A stretch of 64,000 nucleotides of DNA, from assembly GCA_902540265.1 (NCBI GenBank), contig CACBLW010000001.1, positions 66,687 through 130,686 of the forward strand, in the 5' to 3' direction. The notes below the pieces were generated by a model. It was given only the letters and a program-made list of their open reading frames with translations, ran no database searches and was not told the DNA's origin. How positions within the stretch are numbered: position 1 is the first letter of the stretch; the number at the start of each line of letters is the position of its first letter. Shown in pieces: positions 13,412-23,351 of the stretch. The position numbers and the translations under genes were made by a program. This DNA is from an uncultured Alphaproteobacteria bacterium (GTDB lineage: Bacteria > Pseudomonadota > Alphaproteobacteria > HIMB59 > GCA-002718135).

Positions 13412-14617
13412 GTGCTGAACAATAAAGAATATCTAAATAGACTATATCAATCAGATAAACCTCTTATAATTTATAAAACTGATAAGGGTTATGACCTCTA
13501 TACTGATTTTTCTAGTAAAATTATTATTAATAAAAAAAATCTAAAATATTTTCTTAATATCCAATCAAAATCAAAAAAATCTAAGATTGAAGAATTGAAT
13601 TGTTATGTTGGTTTCTTTGGTTATAAACTTCTTTGTGAAAATATAGGAATAAAGTTTCCAAAACAGCAATCTAAAAATTTTCATAGTGGCGTATTTTACA
13701 AGCCACAAACTAAAATTAGTATTGGTAAAAAAATAATAATCAAAAGCATTAAAGCCAATTTTAGAAATATAAGTATAAATACAAAAAAATATTTACAGTT
13801 AAATAAAAAGTTTAATCTTAATTTATCTTTAAAGCAGTACTCTAAGATATTTAATGATTTCTCTAAAAATATTAAACAGGGAAAAACTTATCAAATTAAA
13901 ATAGCTCAAACATATTCGAAAAAAGGTAATATCAATTCTATTGATCTTTTTTGGAAGCTAATGAAAATGAATGAATCGCCTGAAAGTTTTCTTATCAGGG
14001 AAAAAGACTATAATATCGTAAGTTGTTCACCAGAGACACTCATATTAAAAAAAAATAACACAATTAGAACTAAACCTATTGCTGGAACATTAAGAAAAAC
14101 AAAGCAGTTAAATAAAAATAAAGCTCTCACATTCTTTAGAAGAAATGAAAAAGAAACTAAAGAACATAATATGATTGTTGATATGGAAAGAAATGATCTG
14201 TCTAAAATTTGTAAAACTGGATCTGTAAAAATAGATAAACTAAAAAAAGTTGAAGAATATCGAGATCTGTTTCATTACGTTACGACAATCAAGGGAGTTA
14301 TAAAAAATAAAATGAGTAACCATGATATAATTTCTTCTTTAATGCCAGGTGGTTCAGTCATTGGTTGTCCAAAAATTAGTACTATTCAACTTCTAAATAG
14401 AAAAGAAAAATTTGACAGAAATATTTATACAGGCAGTTTTGGAATTATACATTCAAATGGTAATATGCGATTTAACATAATGATTAGAACACTACTTAAC
14501 TTTAAAAATGATATTGAATTATCAGTTGCTAGTGGTGTGATCTTAGGTAGTACTGCAAAGAAAGAATATAATGAAAATTATATTAAAGCTAAATCACTTT
14601 TAGATCTTTTTAATTAA
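13412..14617 (+). CDS. pabB: Aminodeoxychorismate synthase component I (short, divergent chorismate-binding enzyme)
   Basis: 401 aa with a GTG start. Chorismate-binding motifs are present (CSPETLI, PIAGTLRK, EHNMIVDMERND, PGGSVIGCPK). It is followed by pabA and a PabC-like gene. Confidence 0.75.
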   Translation: MLNNKEYLNRLYQSDKPLIIYKTDKGYDLYTDFSSKIIINKKNLKYFLNIQSKSKKSKIEELNCYVGFFGYKLLCENIGIKFPKQQSKNFHSGVFYKPQTKISIGKKIIIKSIKANFRNISINTKKYLQLNKKFNLNLSLKQYSKIFNDFSKNIKQGKTYQIKIAQTYSKKGNINSIDLFWKLMKMNESPESFLIREKDYNIVSCSPETLILKKNNTIRTKPIAGTLRKTKQLNKNKALTFFRRNEKETKEHNMIVDMERNDLSKICKTGSVKIDKLKKVEEYRDLFHYVTTIKGVIKNKMSNHDIISSLMPGGSVIGCPKISTIQLLNRKEKFDRNIYTGSFGIIHSNGNMRFNIMIRTLLNFKNDIELSVASGVILGSTAKKEYNENYIKAKSLLDLFN

Positions 14618-15174
14618 TGATTTATCTCATAGATCACGAAGACTCATTCACATACAATTTAGCTCATCTACTAGATAGTATTGAGCCAACATTTGTTTCA
14701 AATTATTATGAAATAAATCAAACAAAACTAGAAAAATCTTCGACCATCGTTCTTTCACCAGGCCCTGGTGAACCAAAAGATTATCCATTAACAACTAAGA
14801 TTTACAATAAATATAAAGGAAAGAAAAAAATATTAGGAATATGTTTAGGTTTCCAGCAAATAGTTTTTTGTGAAGGAGCTAAAATAGTTCAACAAAAAAA
14901 TATTCTTCATGGTTATCAAAGTCATATTAAAGTTACTAACGATAAATCAATCTTTAAAAAAAATTTTAATTTTTTAGGAGGTCGATATCATTCCTTAAAA
15001 ATGGCTGAGCCATTTGTTTCTCAATCAATGATAATTACAATGCGCTGTGTAAAAACAAATGTAGCAATGGCGGTTGAAGATGATATTAATAAAGTCTATG
15101 GATTACAGTTTCACCCAGATTCATTTTTAACTCCACATGGAAAATATCTTATTAAAAAAATCCTTTCACGCTAA
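14617..15174 (+). CDS. pabA: Aminodeoxychorismate/anthranilate synthase component II (glutamine amidotransferase)
   Basis: 185 aa with a class I GATase pattern (ILGICLGFQ, QFHPDS). It is coupled to pabB by an ATGA-type overlap. Confidence 0.85.
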   Translation: MIYLIDHEDSFTYNLAHLLDSIEPTFVSNYYEINQTKLEKSSTIVLSPGPGEPKDYPLTTKIYNKYKGKKKILGICLGFQQIVFCEGAKIVQQKNILHGYQSHIKVTNDKSIFKKNFNFLGGRYHSLKMAEPFVSQSMIITMRCVKTNVAMAVEDDINKVYGLQFHPDSFLTPHGKYLIKKILSR

Positions 15175-15892
15175 GAATTTTAAATTACTTAAGTTCAATT
15201 CACTTTGGGGATACAAGGGTATCTTTACAACTATTAGACTATTTGGCAAAGAGCCAAATTTAATCTTAGTTGATCAGCATTTAAAAAAACTAAATAAAGA
15301 TTTAAGATATTTTGGCATTGATATTAAAATTTCAAAAAATCTTTTAACTAATTTTTTAAATAAATATTCTAAAATTAAAAATTACGACCACCTATTAAGA
15401 ATTGCAGTCACAAAAAAAATAATCTCATTATCTGTGCGTAAACGAAACAAAGATCATAAGTATTTTACTGCAAAGTTTTTTAGATTCCAGCGGGCTTTAC
15501 CTAATTTCAAAAACTTACAGTACAAAAAAATAATTTCTCTACAAAAAAAAATTAATTTACAAAAAGAAGAAATTCTTTTTTACTTTAACAATAAAATTTT
15601 AGAAGGTTCTACGACCAATTTAATTTTTGTAAACAGTAATAAATTATTCATTCCAAAAAATTACTATTATCATGGAATTACTCTAGAATACTTAATCAAA
15701 AATCTACCTTATAAAATTCATAGAACAGATATTAATATTTATAGTTTACATCAATTTAGTGAAATACTTTTAGTTGGCTCTGGCAAAGGTGTGGTTAGTA
15801 TTTCTTTTATTAAACAATTTAATTGGTATAGGTCTTCAATGAAAATGTATAATTTGTTATCAAAAAAATATTCAAAAATATTATTCAAATGA
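15137..15892 (+). CDS. pabC: Aminodeoxychorismate lyase-like, class IV aminotransferase fold
   Basis: 251 aa. The call rests on position between pabA and folP and on the pattern EGSTTNLIF..GITL. The sequence is very divergent and Lys/Asn-rich. Confidence 0.6.
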   Translation: MENILLKKSFHAKNFKLLKFNSLWGYKGIFTTIRLFGKEPNLILVDQHLKKLNKDLRYFGIDIKISKNLLTNFLNKYSKIKNYDHLLRIAVTKKIISLSVRKRNKDHKYFTAKFFRFQRALPNFKNLQYKKIISLQKKINLQKEEILFYFNNKILEGSTTNLIFVNSNKLFIPKNYYYHGITLEYLIKNLPYKIHRTDINIYSLHQFSEILLVGSGKGVVSISFIKQFNWYRSSMKMYNLLSKKYSKILFK

Positions 15893-16707
15893 AATTAGGA
15901 AATTATAATTTTAAACTATCTAGTCCAACGGTAATGGGAATATGTAATGTTACTCCAGACTCTTTTAGTGATGGTGGCAAGAGTTTTAAAAGTTCAGATG
16001 CACTAAAAAATATTAAAGAAATGCTAAAAAATGGAGCAAGTATTATTGATATTGGAGCAGAAAGTACAAGACCTGGCTCAGATCCATTAACACACAAAGA
16101 AGAAGTTAAAAGATTAGACCCGATATTAAAAAAATTGCCAAAAAATAAATTTATCATATCAGTTGATACTAATAAAATTGAAACACAAGAATATGCATTA
16201 AATATGGGAGCACATATTATAAATGATGTCTTCGGTGGCTCTGAAGATTTATTCTTTTTAACTAAAAAATTTAAAACGGGTTTAATTTTAATGCACACAC
16301 CTGCACCACCCAAAACTATGCAAAAGAAAATACACTCATATAATAATGTTGTACAAGATATAAAAAAAATATTTCTTCAGAAAATTAAACAATTAGAAAA
16401 AATAAAAATTCCTTCGTCCAAAGTTTGGTTTGACCCGGGTATTGGTTTTGGTAAAAATTTAAAACAAAATATAGAAATCATGCAAAAAATTAATCAGTTT
16501 AAATTTAAGGGATATGGATTGTTATTAGGATCATCTAGAAAAAGTTGGATCAACCTCATAGATAAGAGTGAAACAAATCAAAGATTGGGAGGTTCAATCG
16601 CTTCCGCATTATATTGTTATCAAAAAGGAGTTGATATATTTAGAGTTCACGACATAAAAGAAACGTCTCAATCATTAAAAATTTTTGAAAAACTATGTTT
16701 AAAGTAG
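15889..16707 (+). CDS. folP: Dihydropteroate synthase
   Basis: 272 aa. Motifs GICNVTPDSFSDGG, IIDIGAESTRPG, DPGIGFGK and GSSRKS are present. Confidence 0.9.
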   Translation: MKLGNYNFKLSSPTVMGICNVTPDSFSDGGKSFKSSDALKNIKEMLKNGASIIDIGAESTRPGSDPLTHKEEVKRLDPILKKLPKNKFIISVDTNKIETQEYALNMGAHIINDVFGGSEDLFFLTKKFKTGLILMHTPAPPKTMQKKIHSYNNVVQDIKKIFLQKIKQLEKIKIPSSKVWFDPGIGFGKNLKQNIEIMQKINQFKFKGYGLLLGSSRKSWINLIDKSETNQRLGGSIASALYCYQKGVDIFRVHDIKETSQSLKIFEKLCLK

Positions 16708-17039
16708 AAATTAAAAACTTATCCATCAGTGCAAATATAGGTATTACTGCTCAAGAGAGAAAGAAAAAACAGTTATTAAAGGTTACATTAGAATTTAGTT
16801 ATCCTGTTAAAAACTCACTAGATTTAAATAATATAAATAATGTTAAGGATTATTCATCTATTACAAAATATTTAAAAACTTTCATAAAGGAATCTCAATC
16901 ACATACTCTTGAACATTTAATTATAAAAACATCTAATGTTCTTGAAAAAGAATTTAAAATAAAAAAAGTTAAAATTACAATTAACAAAACAGCTGTAGCA
17001 AAAAAATATGGAGCTGAATCACTAAGTGTATCAAACTGA
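16695..17039 (+). CDS. folB: Dihydroneopterin aldolase
   Basis: 114 aa. The call rests on size, position between folP and folK, and the GITAQERKKKQ..V pattern. Confidence 0.7.
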   Translation: MFKVEIKNLSISANIGITAQERKKKQLLKVTLEFSYPVKNSLDLNNINNVKDYSSITKYLKTFIKESQSHTLEHLIIKTSNVLEKEFKIKKVKITINKTAVAKKYGAESLSVSN

Positions 17040-17526
17040 AACAATAATTGCACTTGGCTCAAATCAAGGTAATGCAGTATTTAATTTACGTTGTGCCGTT
17101 AGAGAGTTAGAAAATATAGGTAAAATAAAAAAATTTGCAAATATTTATATTTCTTCTCCTTATGGATATAAATCGCAAAGTAATTTTTTTAACACTGCTA
17201 TAAAACTATTAACCAATCTGCAGCCATTAGAATTAATAAATAATATTTATGAAATTGAAAAAAAATTAAAAAAAAATAAAAAGATTATCAATGGTCCAAG
17301 AAATATTGATTTAGATATTATTTTTTTTGGCAAACAAAAATTTAATAAAAAAAATTTAGTAATTCCTCACCCAAGAGCAGCTGAAAGAGACTTTGTATTA
17401 TATCCAATTCTTGACATTGATCCATTTTTCAGACATCCGATCGAAAAAAAATCAATAAAAGTATTATCGAAAGCGTTGCAAAATAAATATATTATTAAAC
17501 GATTATCCTACCGAAATTTGATTTAA
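17026..17526 (+). CDS. folK: 2-amino-4-hydroxy-6-hydroxymethyldihydropteridine pyrophosphokinase
   Basis: 166 aa with a GTG start. Motifs IALGSNQGN, GPRNIDLDIIFF, LVIPHPRA and ERDFVL are present. Confidence 0.85.
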   Translation: MYQTETIIALGSNQGNAVFNLRCAVRELENIGKIKKFANIYISSPYGYKSQSNFFNTAIKLLTNLQPLELINNIYEIEKKLKKNKKIINGPRNIDLDIIFFGKQKFNKKNLVIPHPRAAERDFVLYPILDIDPFFRHPIEKKSIKVLSKALQNKYIIKRLSYRNLI

Positions 17527-18153
17527 GAAATCTTTGAGTTTTGATTTAGAAATTAAATTTCTCTGATTTTTCAAACTTCTAGAAATATCTAATCCAAAAG
17601 GTGTTATTTGTTTTAGAATGTTGGAAACATTTTTTTTGTCTATACCACCACCAATATAAACTGGAATATTTTCACTTTTTATAAATTGTATTTGTTTAAT
17701 ACTTTTTCTCAATGAATACTTTTTAATACTCTTTTTTCTATAAACATTCATATCAAAATAAATAACATCAACAATTTTTCTAATTGATTCAATGTACTTT
17801 TTATCAAAATTTTCTGGATTAATTGCAATACCTATTTTTAATCTTCTAAATATTTTTTTTATTTTTAATAAATCTTTCTTGGGAAAATGATATGAACATG
17901 AAATTGTCTTTGGTTTTGTAAAATCTATTTGTTCTATTAGCTTGTCTAAAGATACATACCGAGTCAGAAGTACTGATTCTATCTTATAATTTTTACATTC
18001 TTTAATTAATGATTGTATTTTTTTATCACTAACTGTGTTTGGTCCATTTAAATTTTTACTTGCAAAACCCAATGATTTTATTTTATTTTTATGCGCCACT
18101 TCAACAGATTTCACATTTGTTATGCCACAAATTTTTAGAGGTATATTTTTCAT
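17503..18153 (-). CDS. Phosphoribosylanthranilate isomerase-like TIM-barrel protein
   Basis: 216 aa with an N-terminal KICGIT motif and a C-terminal GGGIDKKNV..P.GLDISRSL pattern like TrpF. It converges on folK and the 3' ends overlap by 24 nt. Confidence 0.65.
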   Translation of the reverse strand: MKNIPLKICGITNVKSVEVAHKNKIKSLGFASKNLNGPNTVSDKKIQSLIKECKNYKIESVLLTRYVSLDKLIEQIDFTKPKTISCSYHFPKKDLLKIKKIFRRLKIGIAINPENFDKKYIESIRKIVDVIYFDMNVYRKKSIKKYSLRKSIKQIQFIKSENIPVYIGGGIDKKNVSNILKQITPFGLDISRSLKNQRNLISKSKLKDFLNQISVG

Positions 18154-18205
18154 TAAATTTTATTTTTAAAAATTATAAATATATGTAAACTATTTTTTTT
18201 TATAT

Positions 18206-19642
18206 ATGTCATTAAATTTTTATAGACGAGTAGCGTTTGGCCTGTCGCCAAATGAAAAACCAGATAAAGATCCTCTTAATTGGGCAATAAATCAATTAGA
18301 TACCATACCTGATCTCTTGTGGCCTGGAAAAATTCCAACAGAAAAAGATTTAAGAAAAAAATATGGTGAATGGGTGTACGGAGATAGAGAGGTTTTAAGA
18401 AAAAAATTTAAAAATGATAAACATGCGTATAGAAAAGCAAAAGATGAATTAAGAATAAAAACTGGTGAAAGATATTTTGAATTAAATGAACATGCTATTC
18501 GTCATTTTCAAACAAAGTATTCCAAACAACCTGTTTTCGAGCGTTTCTGGCTTTTTTGGGGAAATCATTTTGCAATAAGTGAAAAAGATTTTCTAGCAGA
18601 GTTTAGTACTGGACCCTATCAACGTGAAATTATTAGACCTAACATGGTTAAAACTTTTGAAGAGATGGTTCAGTCAGTAACTACTTCATGGTGTATGATT
18701 CATCATCTTGATAATTCAGAATCTTTTGGCCCCAATTCTAAAAAAGGAATGGAGTGGGGAGAGACTATAAACGAAAATCATGCAAGAGAATTATTAGAGT
18801 TACATACAGTTTCTCCTAATGCTGGATATACTCAGGAAGATGTTATTCAGTTAGCCTATATCATGACAGGTTGGGCGCACAAATGGGATAGAAAAAATTT
18901 AGAAACCGGCGATATATGGTTTGATCAAGAAATGCATCAAAAAGGAGATAAAATAGTTTTAGGAGTTAAATATAAAAATGACGCAAAAAGAGAACTTGCT
19001 AAAGTAATTCATGATTTGGCAACACACCCAATCTGCATAAAATTTGTTTCAACAAAATTATGTAGGCATTTTATTACAGATGAACCAACAGATGAAATGA
19101 TAAAACCCGTAATAGAAGCATGGAACAAATCCAATGGAAACTTAATTGAAATTCATAAAGCAGTTATAACGCAAGCTTATAAATATAATGAGAATACACA
19201 TAAATTTCATCCACCTGAAATATGGTTAATGCAACTATCTAGAATGTTTGATTTAAATATTCCGCTTTCTTTTGAAAAAATGAATTATACTTTTAAGTCA
19301 AAGCCAAATAATAGACAAAGACAATTATCATGGATACTTAGAGAAATAGGTCATTCACCTTATCGTGCCAAACAACCTAATGGTTGGAGTGATTTGGAGG
19401 TAGATTGGGTATCACCAGAATTATTATTACGTCGCTTTTGGTTTGCTTCAGTTGAACTTCCCATGCTCGTTAAATCTGGAAACAGATCCCATGGTTTTAT
19501 TTTATCTTGTCTTAAAAATAATTTTGAAGATCATGAAAATATGGCATCACTTATTGAGAATTTTAGATTTGGCATATCAGATTATGATTTAGGCCAAAAG
19601 TATGGAGTCATTTGTAATCTACCTGGAGTATTAAAAGTATGA
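18206..19642 (+). CDS. DUF1800-family protein
   Basis: 478 aa. The pattern FWLFWGNHFA..ENHARELLELHT is typical of DUF1800. It is paired with DUF1501 downstream through an ATGA overlap. Confidence 0.7.
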   Translation: MSLNFYRRVAFGLSPNEKPDKDPLNWAINQLDTIPDLLWPGKIPTEKDLRKKYGEWVYGDREVLRKKFKNDKHAYRKAKDELRIKTGERYFELNEHAIRHFQTKYSKQPVFERFWLFWGNHFAISEKDFLAEFSTGPYQREIIRPNMVKTFEEMVQSVTTSWCMIHHLDNSESFGPNSKKGMEWGETINENHARELLELHTVSPNAGYTQEDVIQLAYIMTGWAHKWDRKNLETGDIWFDQEMHQKGDKIVLGVKYKNDAKRELAKVIHDLATHPICIKFVSTKLCRHFITDEPTDEMIKPVIEAWNKSNGNLIEIHKAVITQAYKYNENTHKFHPPEIWLMQLSRMFDLNIPLSFEKMNYTFKSKPNNRQRQLSWILREIGHSPYRAKQPNGWSDLEVDWVSPELLLRRFWFASVELPMLVKSGNRSHGFILSCLKNNFEDHENMASLIENFRFGISDYDLGQKYGVICNLPGVLKV

Positions 19643-20790
19643 ACTGCACAAGAAGAAATTTTTTAATTGGAGGATCAACAACACTATTTCTTTCAGGATA
19701 TTTTCCAAAAATTAGTTTTGCCTCAATGCAGAAAAAAAATCTAATTATCATATCACTTCGTGGAGGAATGGATGGTCTAACAGCTGTTCCTGTTATTGGA
19801 GATAAACGTCTCAAAAAATTGAGAAAAAAACTCATTCTGGAAGATGTTCTTAATCTAAACAGTGACTTTGGTCTTCACCCTAAATTAGAAATTTTTCATA
19901 AACTTTGGCAAAAAAATCAAGCGGCATTTGTTCATGCAACAAATATTCCTTACACAGGCAGATCACATTTTGATGGGCAAAATTTAATGGAAACTGGAGC
20001 ACACATTCCATACAAAGAAAAAACAGGATGGCTAGGTAGGGGATTACTAGCTTCAAATATTATAGGAAAAGGTCTAGCAATATCTTTACCAATGCCACTT
20101 TTATTAAGAGGTGTGCCACAGAATAATAATTTCTTCCCATCACCAGATTTTGTAGAAACAAAGTTAATAGATCAAATTTATAATGAATTTAAGGGTGAGC
20201 ATAACGAGCTAATTAAATCCACACTTGATACAATTAGACAAAGACCATTGTCTATGCAAATAGCTACTGACTCTGATGATAGAAAAAAACTTGCTCTTGA
20301 AGCTGCTAAACAATTAAAAGATCAAAGTGGTCCTCGAGTTGCTGTATTTGATTTAGATGGTTTTGATACCCATGCTGCTCAAGGAGGTGTTGATGGAGCG
20401 CATGCTGATGAACTAGAAGAGGTAAATAAAATTGTTACTATTTTACATGAAAATCTTGGCCAAGCATTTGATAATACACTAATTCTTACTCTCACTGAAT
20501 TTGGCCGAACTATAAAACAAAATGGAGGCTATGGAACTGAGCACGGATATGGAAGTGCAATACTAATGGCTGGAGGCTTGTTAAAAAAATCTCAAGTTTA
20601 TACAGATTGGCCTGGACTAAAAAAGAAAGAATTGTTTGAGGGAAGAGATCTAAATTCGACTGTTGATTCCAGGGCTGTATATAATTCTGCAATGTCAATT
20701 TGTTTTAACCAAGATCCAGAATTTTTACGTAAAGAAGTTTTTTGGGGAGATCAACTTCCTGATTTGTCTCAAGAATTGTTTAAGATTTAG
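19639..20790 (+). CDS. DUF1501-family protein, Tat-exported and alkaline-phosphatase/sulfatase-like
   Basis: 383 aa with a twin-arginine signal (TRRNFLIGGS). Motifs GGMDGL, GFDTHA and TEFGRT are characteristic of DUF1501. Confidence 0.75.
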   Translation: MNCTRRNFLIGGSTTLFLSGYFPKISFASMQKKNLIIISLRGGMDGLTAVPVIGDKRLKKLRKKLILEDVLNLNSDFGLHPKLEIFHKLWQKNQAAFVHATNIPYTGRSHFDGQNLMETGAHIPYKEKTGWLGRGLLASNIIGKGLAISLPMPLLLRGVPQNNNFFPSPDFVETKLIDQIYNEFKGEHNELIKSTLDTIRQRPLSMQIATDSDDRKKLALEAAKQLKDQSGPRVAVFDLDGFDTHAAQGGVDGAHADELEEVNKIVTILHENLGQAFDNTLILTLTEFGRTIKQNGGYGTEHGYGSAILMAGGLLKKSQVYTDWPGLKKKELFEGRDLNSTVDSRAVYNSAMSICFNQDPEFLRKEVFWGDQLPDLSQELFKI

Positions 20791-20816
20791 AAATAAATAA
20801 TTTTTTTAGTAATTTC

Positions 20817-21233
20817 ATGTTAAACAAGAATATGGTTTCAGAAAATTTTGATAGTTTATTCAAGGCTGCAAAAAAAGTTAGAGAGCAAGCTCATGTGCCT
20901 TATTCAAATTTTAAAGTAGGAGCAGCTTTTCTAACAGAAGATAGTAAAATTATTACTGGTTGTAATGTTGAAAATGCTGCCTATCCTCAATCCCAGTGTG
21001 CCGAAGCAACTGCAATTGGAAATATGATATCTAATGGAAACAAAAAAATTTTAGAAGTTGTGGTTATAGGTTCAGGTGAATTATTATGCTCACCCTGTGG
21101 TGGTTGTAGACAGAGGTTAAGAGAATTTGCTACTTTAGATACTAAGATTCATATGTGTAATGAAAATGGTCATATGAAAACATCTACGCTCGAAGAATTG
21201 CTTCCAGATTCTTTTGGCCCAGAGAATCTTTAA
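20817..21233 (+). CDS. cdd: Cytidine deaminase (homotetrameric type)
   Basis: 138 aa with Zn motifs CAEATAI and CSPCGGCRQ. Confidence 0.9.
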   Translation: MLNKNMVSENFDSLFKAAKKVREQAHVPYSNFKVGAAFLTEDSKIITGCNVENAAYPQSQCAEATAIGNMISNGNKKILEVVVIGSGELLCSPCGGCRQRLREFATLDTKIHMCNENGHMKTSTLEELLPDSFGPENL

Positions 21234-22063
21234 TGTTACCCTCGGCAAAAAAATTTTTAGAAATAACAAATAATACTTCACCCGATATTGCCGTAATTTT
21301 AGGAAGTGGACTAACTAATTTTTTTGAAGAAAAAGATATTCAAGAATCAATTTCATATGAACAGTTAGCTGATTTTCCACAGCCAACTGTCAAAGGTCAC
21401 GCAGGTAAATTAGTTTTAGGAAAAATAAATAATTTAAATGTTGTTTGTATGTATGGAAGATCACATATTTATGAGGGGCATAATCCTCAAAGTTTAGCTT
21501 CACCCATAAGAGTATTGAAGGACATTGGGTCTAAATTATTAGTTGTTACAAATGCAGCAGGGAGTTTAGATGAAGCTATGCCGGCTGGCAGTCTAATGGC
21601 AATTAAAGATCATATTAACTGGAGTGGTTTCAATCCACTTATTGGACCCAATGCTGAAGAGTATGGCCCTCGTTTTCATGATATGAGTGATGGGTATCAC
21701 AAGTTTTATAGAGATCAGTTAATACAAGTCGCTAAAAAAATAGATCAAAAAATTTATGAAGGTATCTATTGTATGTACTCAGGACCAAATTTTGAAACTC
21801 CTGCTGAAATCAATGCCTTAAAAGTAATAGGTGGAAATGCAGTTGGAATGTCTACAGTACCAGAAGTTTTAGTTGCTAATCATTGCGGACTTCCCGTTAT
21901 TGGTATCAGCGTAATCACCAACTTAGCTGCTGGTATGAATAAAACAAAATTAAGTCATCAGGAAACTTTAGAGAATGCAAGTTTAGCAGAGAACAATGTT
22001 TTAAATTTAATTAAACAATTTATACAAGAAGTTCAATTCGATGATACCTCAAGAGATAATTAG
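21233..22063 (+). CDS. punA: Purine nucleoside phosphorylase (PunA/inosine-guanosine type)
   Basis: 276 aa. Motifs GHAGKLVLG, GRSHIYEG, YSGPNFETPAE and AVGMSTVPE are present. Confidence 0.85.
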   Translation: MLPSAKKFLEITNNTSPDIAVILGSGLTNFFEEKDIQESISYEQLADFPQPTVKGHAGKLVLGKINNLNVVCMYGRSHIYEGHNPQSLASPIRVLKDIGSKLLVVTNAAGSLDEAMPAGSLMAIKDHINWSGFNPLIGPNAEEYGPRFHDMSDGYHKFYRDQLIQVAKKIDQKIYEGIYCMYSGPNFETPAEINALKVIGGNAVGMSTVPEVLVANHCGLPVIGISVITNLAAGMNKTKLSHQETLENASLAENNVLNLIKQFIQEVQFDDTSRDN

Positions 22064-23351
22064 AAAAAAAAGAGACAACAAAGATCTATCAAAAGAAGAT
22101 ATCAACTTTTTTGTAGACGGTTTAACAAATGGATCTTTTTCAGATGCACAAATTGCAGCAATGAGCATGGCAATATTTTCAAATGGAATGACTCCTGAAG
22201 AAACTGTTTGTTTAACTGAAGCGATGACGAACTCAGGCGATACACTAAATTGGTCTGAGATTGTAGATTCTGAGTTGGTTTGTGATAAGCACTCAACTGG
22301 TGGTGTTGGAGACAAGACGAGCGTTATTTTAGCACCAATACTCGCAGCTTGTGGACTGTATGTACCTATGATTTCAGGTAGAGGTTTGGGTCATACCGGT
22401 GGTACTCTAGATAAATTTGATTCAATACCTGGGTACAATACAAAGCCTGATTTAGAAACTTTTAAAAATGTTGTAAAAGACGTTGGTTGTGCAATTATTG
22501 GTCAAACCTCTAACTTAGCACCAGCTGATAAAAAATTATATTCTATAAGGGATATTGTAGGTACAGTAGAATCTTTACCTTTAATAACATCATCTATTCT
22601 TTCAAAAAAAATTGCAAGCGGTCTTTCATCTTTAGTACTTGATGTGAAAGTTGGTAATGGATCTTTTAATAGCACTATTGATATAGCAAGAGATTTATCC
22701 AACTCCTTAGTAAGAGTCGCTAAAGGAGCAGGTTTACATTGTGAAGCACTATTAACGGATATGAATCAGGTCCTAGGTAAAAGTGCTGGTCATACACTGG
22801 AGATATTAGAATGCATAAAATATATTAAAAATGATTTTAAAGATCATCGATTAGAGAAGATCACTAATGAATTAATATCTTCGCTATTAGTAAACATTTA
22901 TAAAATTTCAAAAGAAGAGGCTTATAATAAAATTAATACTGTTATTAATAATGGACTAGCTGCAGAAAAATTTGAAATGATGGTTGCAGCCTTGGGTGGA
23001 CCAAAAAATATTTTAACATCTTATGAAAAAGATCTAACCAATACATCTATTCAAAAAGATATATTTTCTATTGAGGGTGGGTGGATAGAAAATATTCATA
23101 CCAGAGAATTAGGCCTTATACTTATTGAACTTGGAGGCGGTAGAAAACAGGTTACCGATAAAATAAATTATGGAGTTGGATATGATAATGTTCTCAATAT
23201 AGGCGATGAAGTAAATTCCTCAACTCCTCTGTTAAGTTTATACTCAAGTAAAAATATAGATGATAATTTAATAAATAAAATAAAAGGCTGTTTCATTATT
23301 TCAGATAAAAAAACTCAAAAACTATCTGAAATATTTGAAACCATAAATTAA
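22041..23351 (+). CDS. deoA: Thymidine/pyrimidine-nucleoside phosphorylase
   Basis: 436 aa. Motifs QEIIRKKRD, DKHSTGGVGDK and GRGLGHTGGTLDK are present. Confidence 0.92.
   Translation: MIPQEIIRKKRDNKDLSKEDINFFVDGLTNGSFSDAQIAAMSMAIFSNGMTPEETVCLTEAMTNSGDTLNWSEIVDSELVCDKHSTGGVGDKTSVILAPILAACGLYVPMISGRGLGHTGGTLDKFDSIPGYNTKPDLETFKNVVKDVGCAIIGQTSNLAPADKKLYSIRDIVGTVESLPLITSSILSKKIASGLSSLVLDVKVGNGSFNSTIDIARDLSNSLVRVAKGAGLHCEALLTDMNQVLGKSAGHTLEILECIKYIKNDFKDHRLEKITNELISSLLVNIYKISKEEAYNKINTVINNGLAAEKFEMMVAALGGPKNILTSYEKDLTNTSIQKDIFSIEGGWIENIHTRELGLILIELGGGRKQVTDKINYGVGYDNVLNIGDEVNSSTPLLSLYSSKNIDDNLINKIKGCFIISDKKTQKLSEIFETIN

Noticed and set aside
15903-16313. 136-aa minus-strand ORF inside folP
   Set aside because: It is antisense to a motif-rich dihydropteroate synthase gene, so I treat it as a shadow ORF. 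The same reasoning applies to 5918-6465 (katG), 51295-51633 (phnW), 53875-54141 (pit), 39831-40133 and 38706-38957 (permeases), and 27847-28155, among others.
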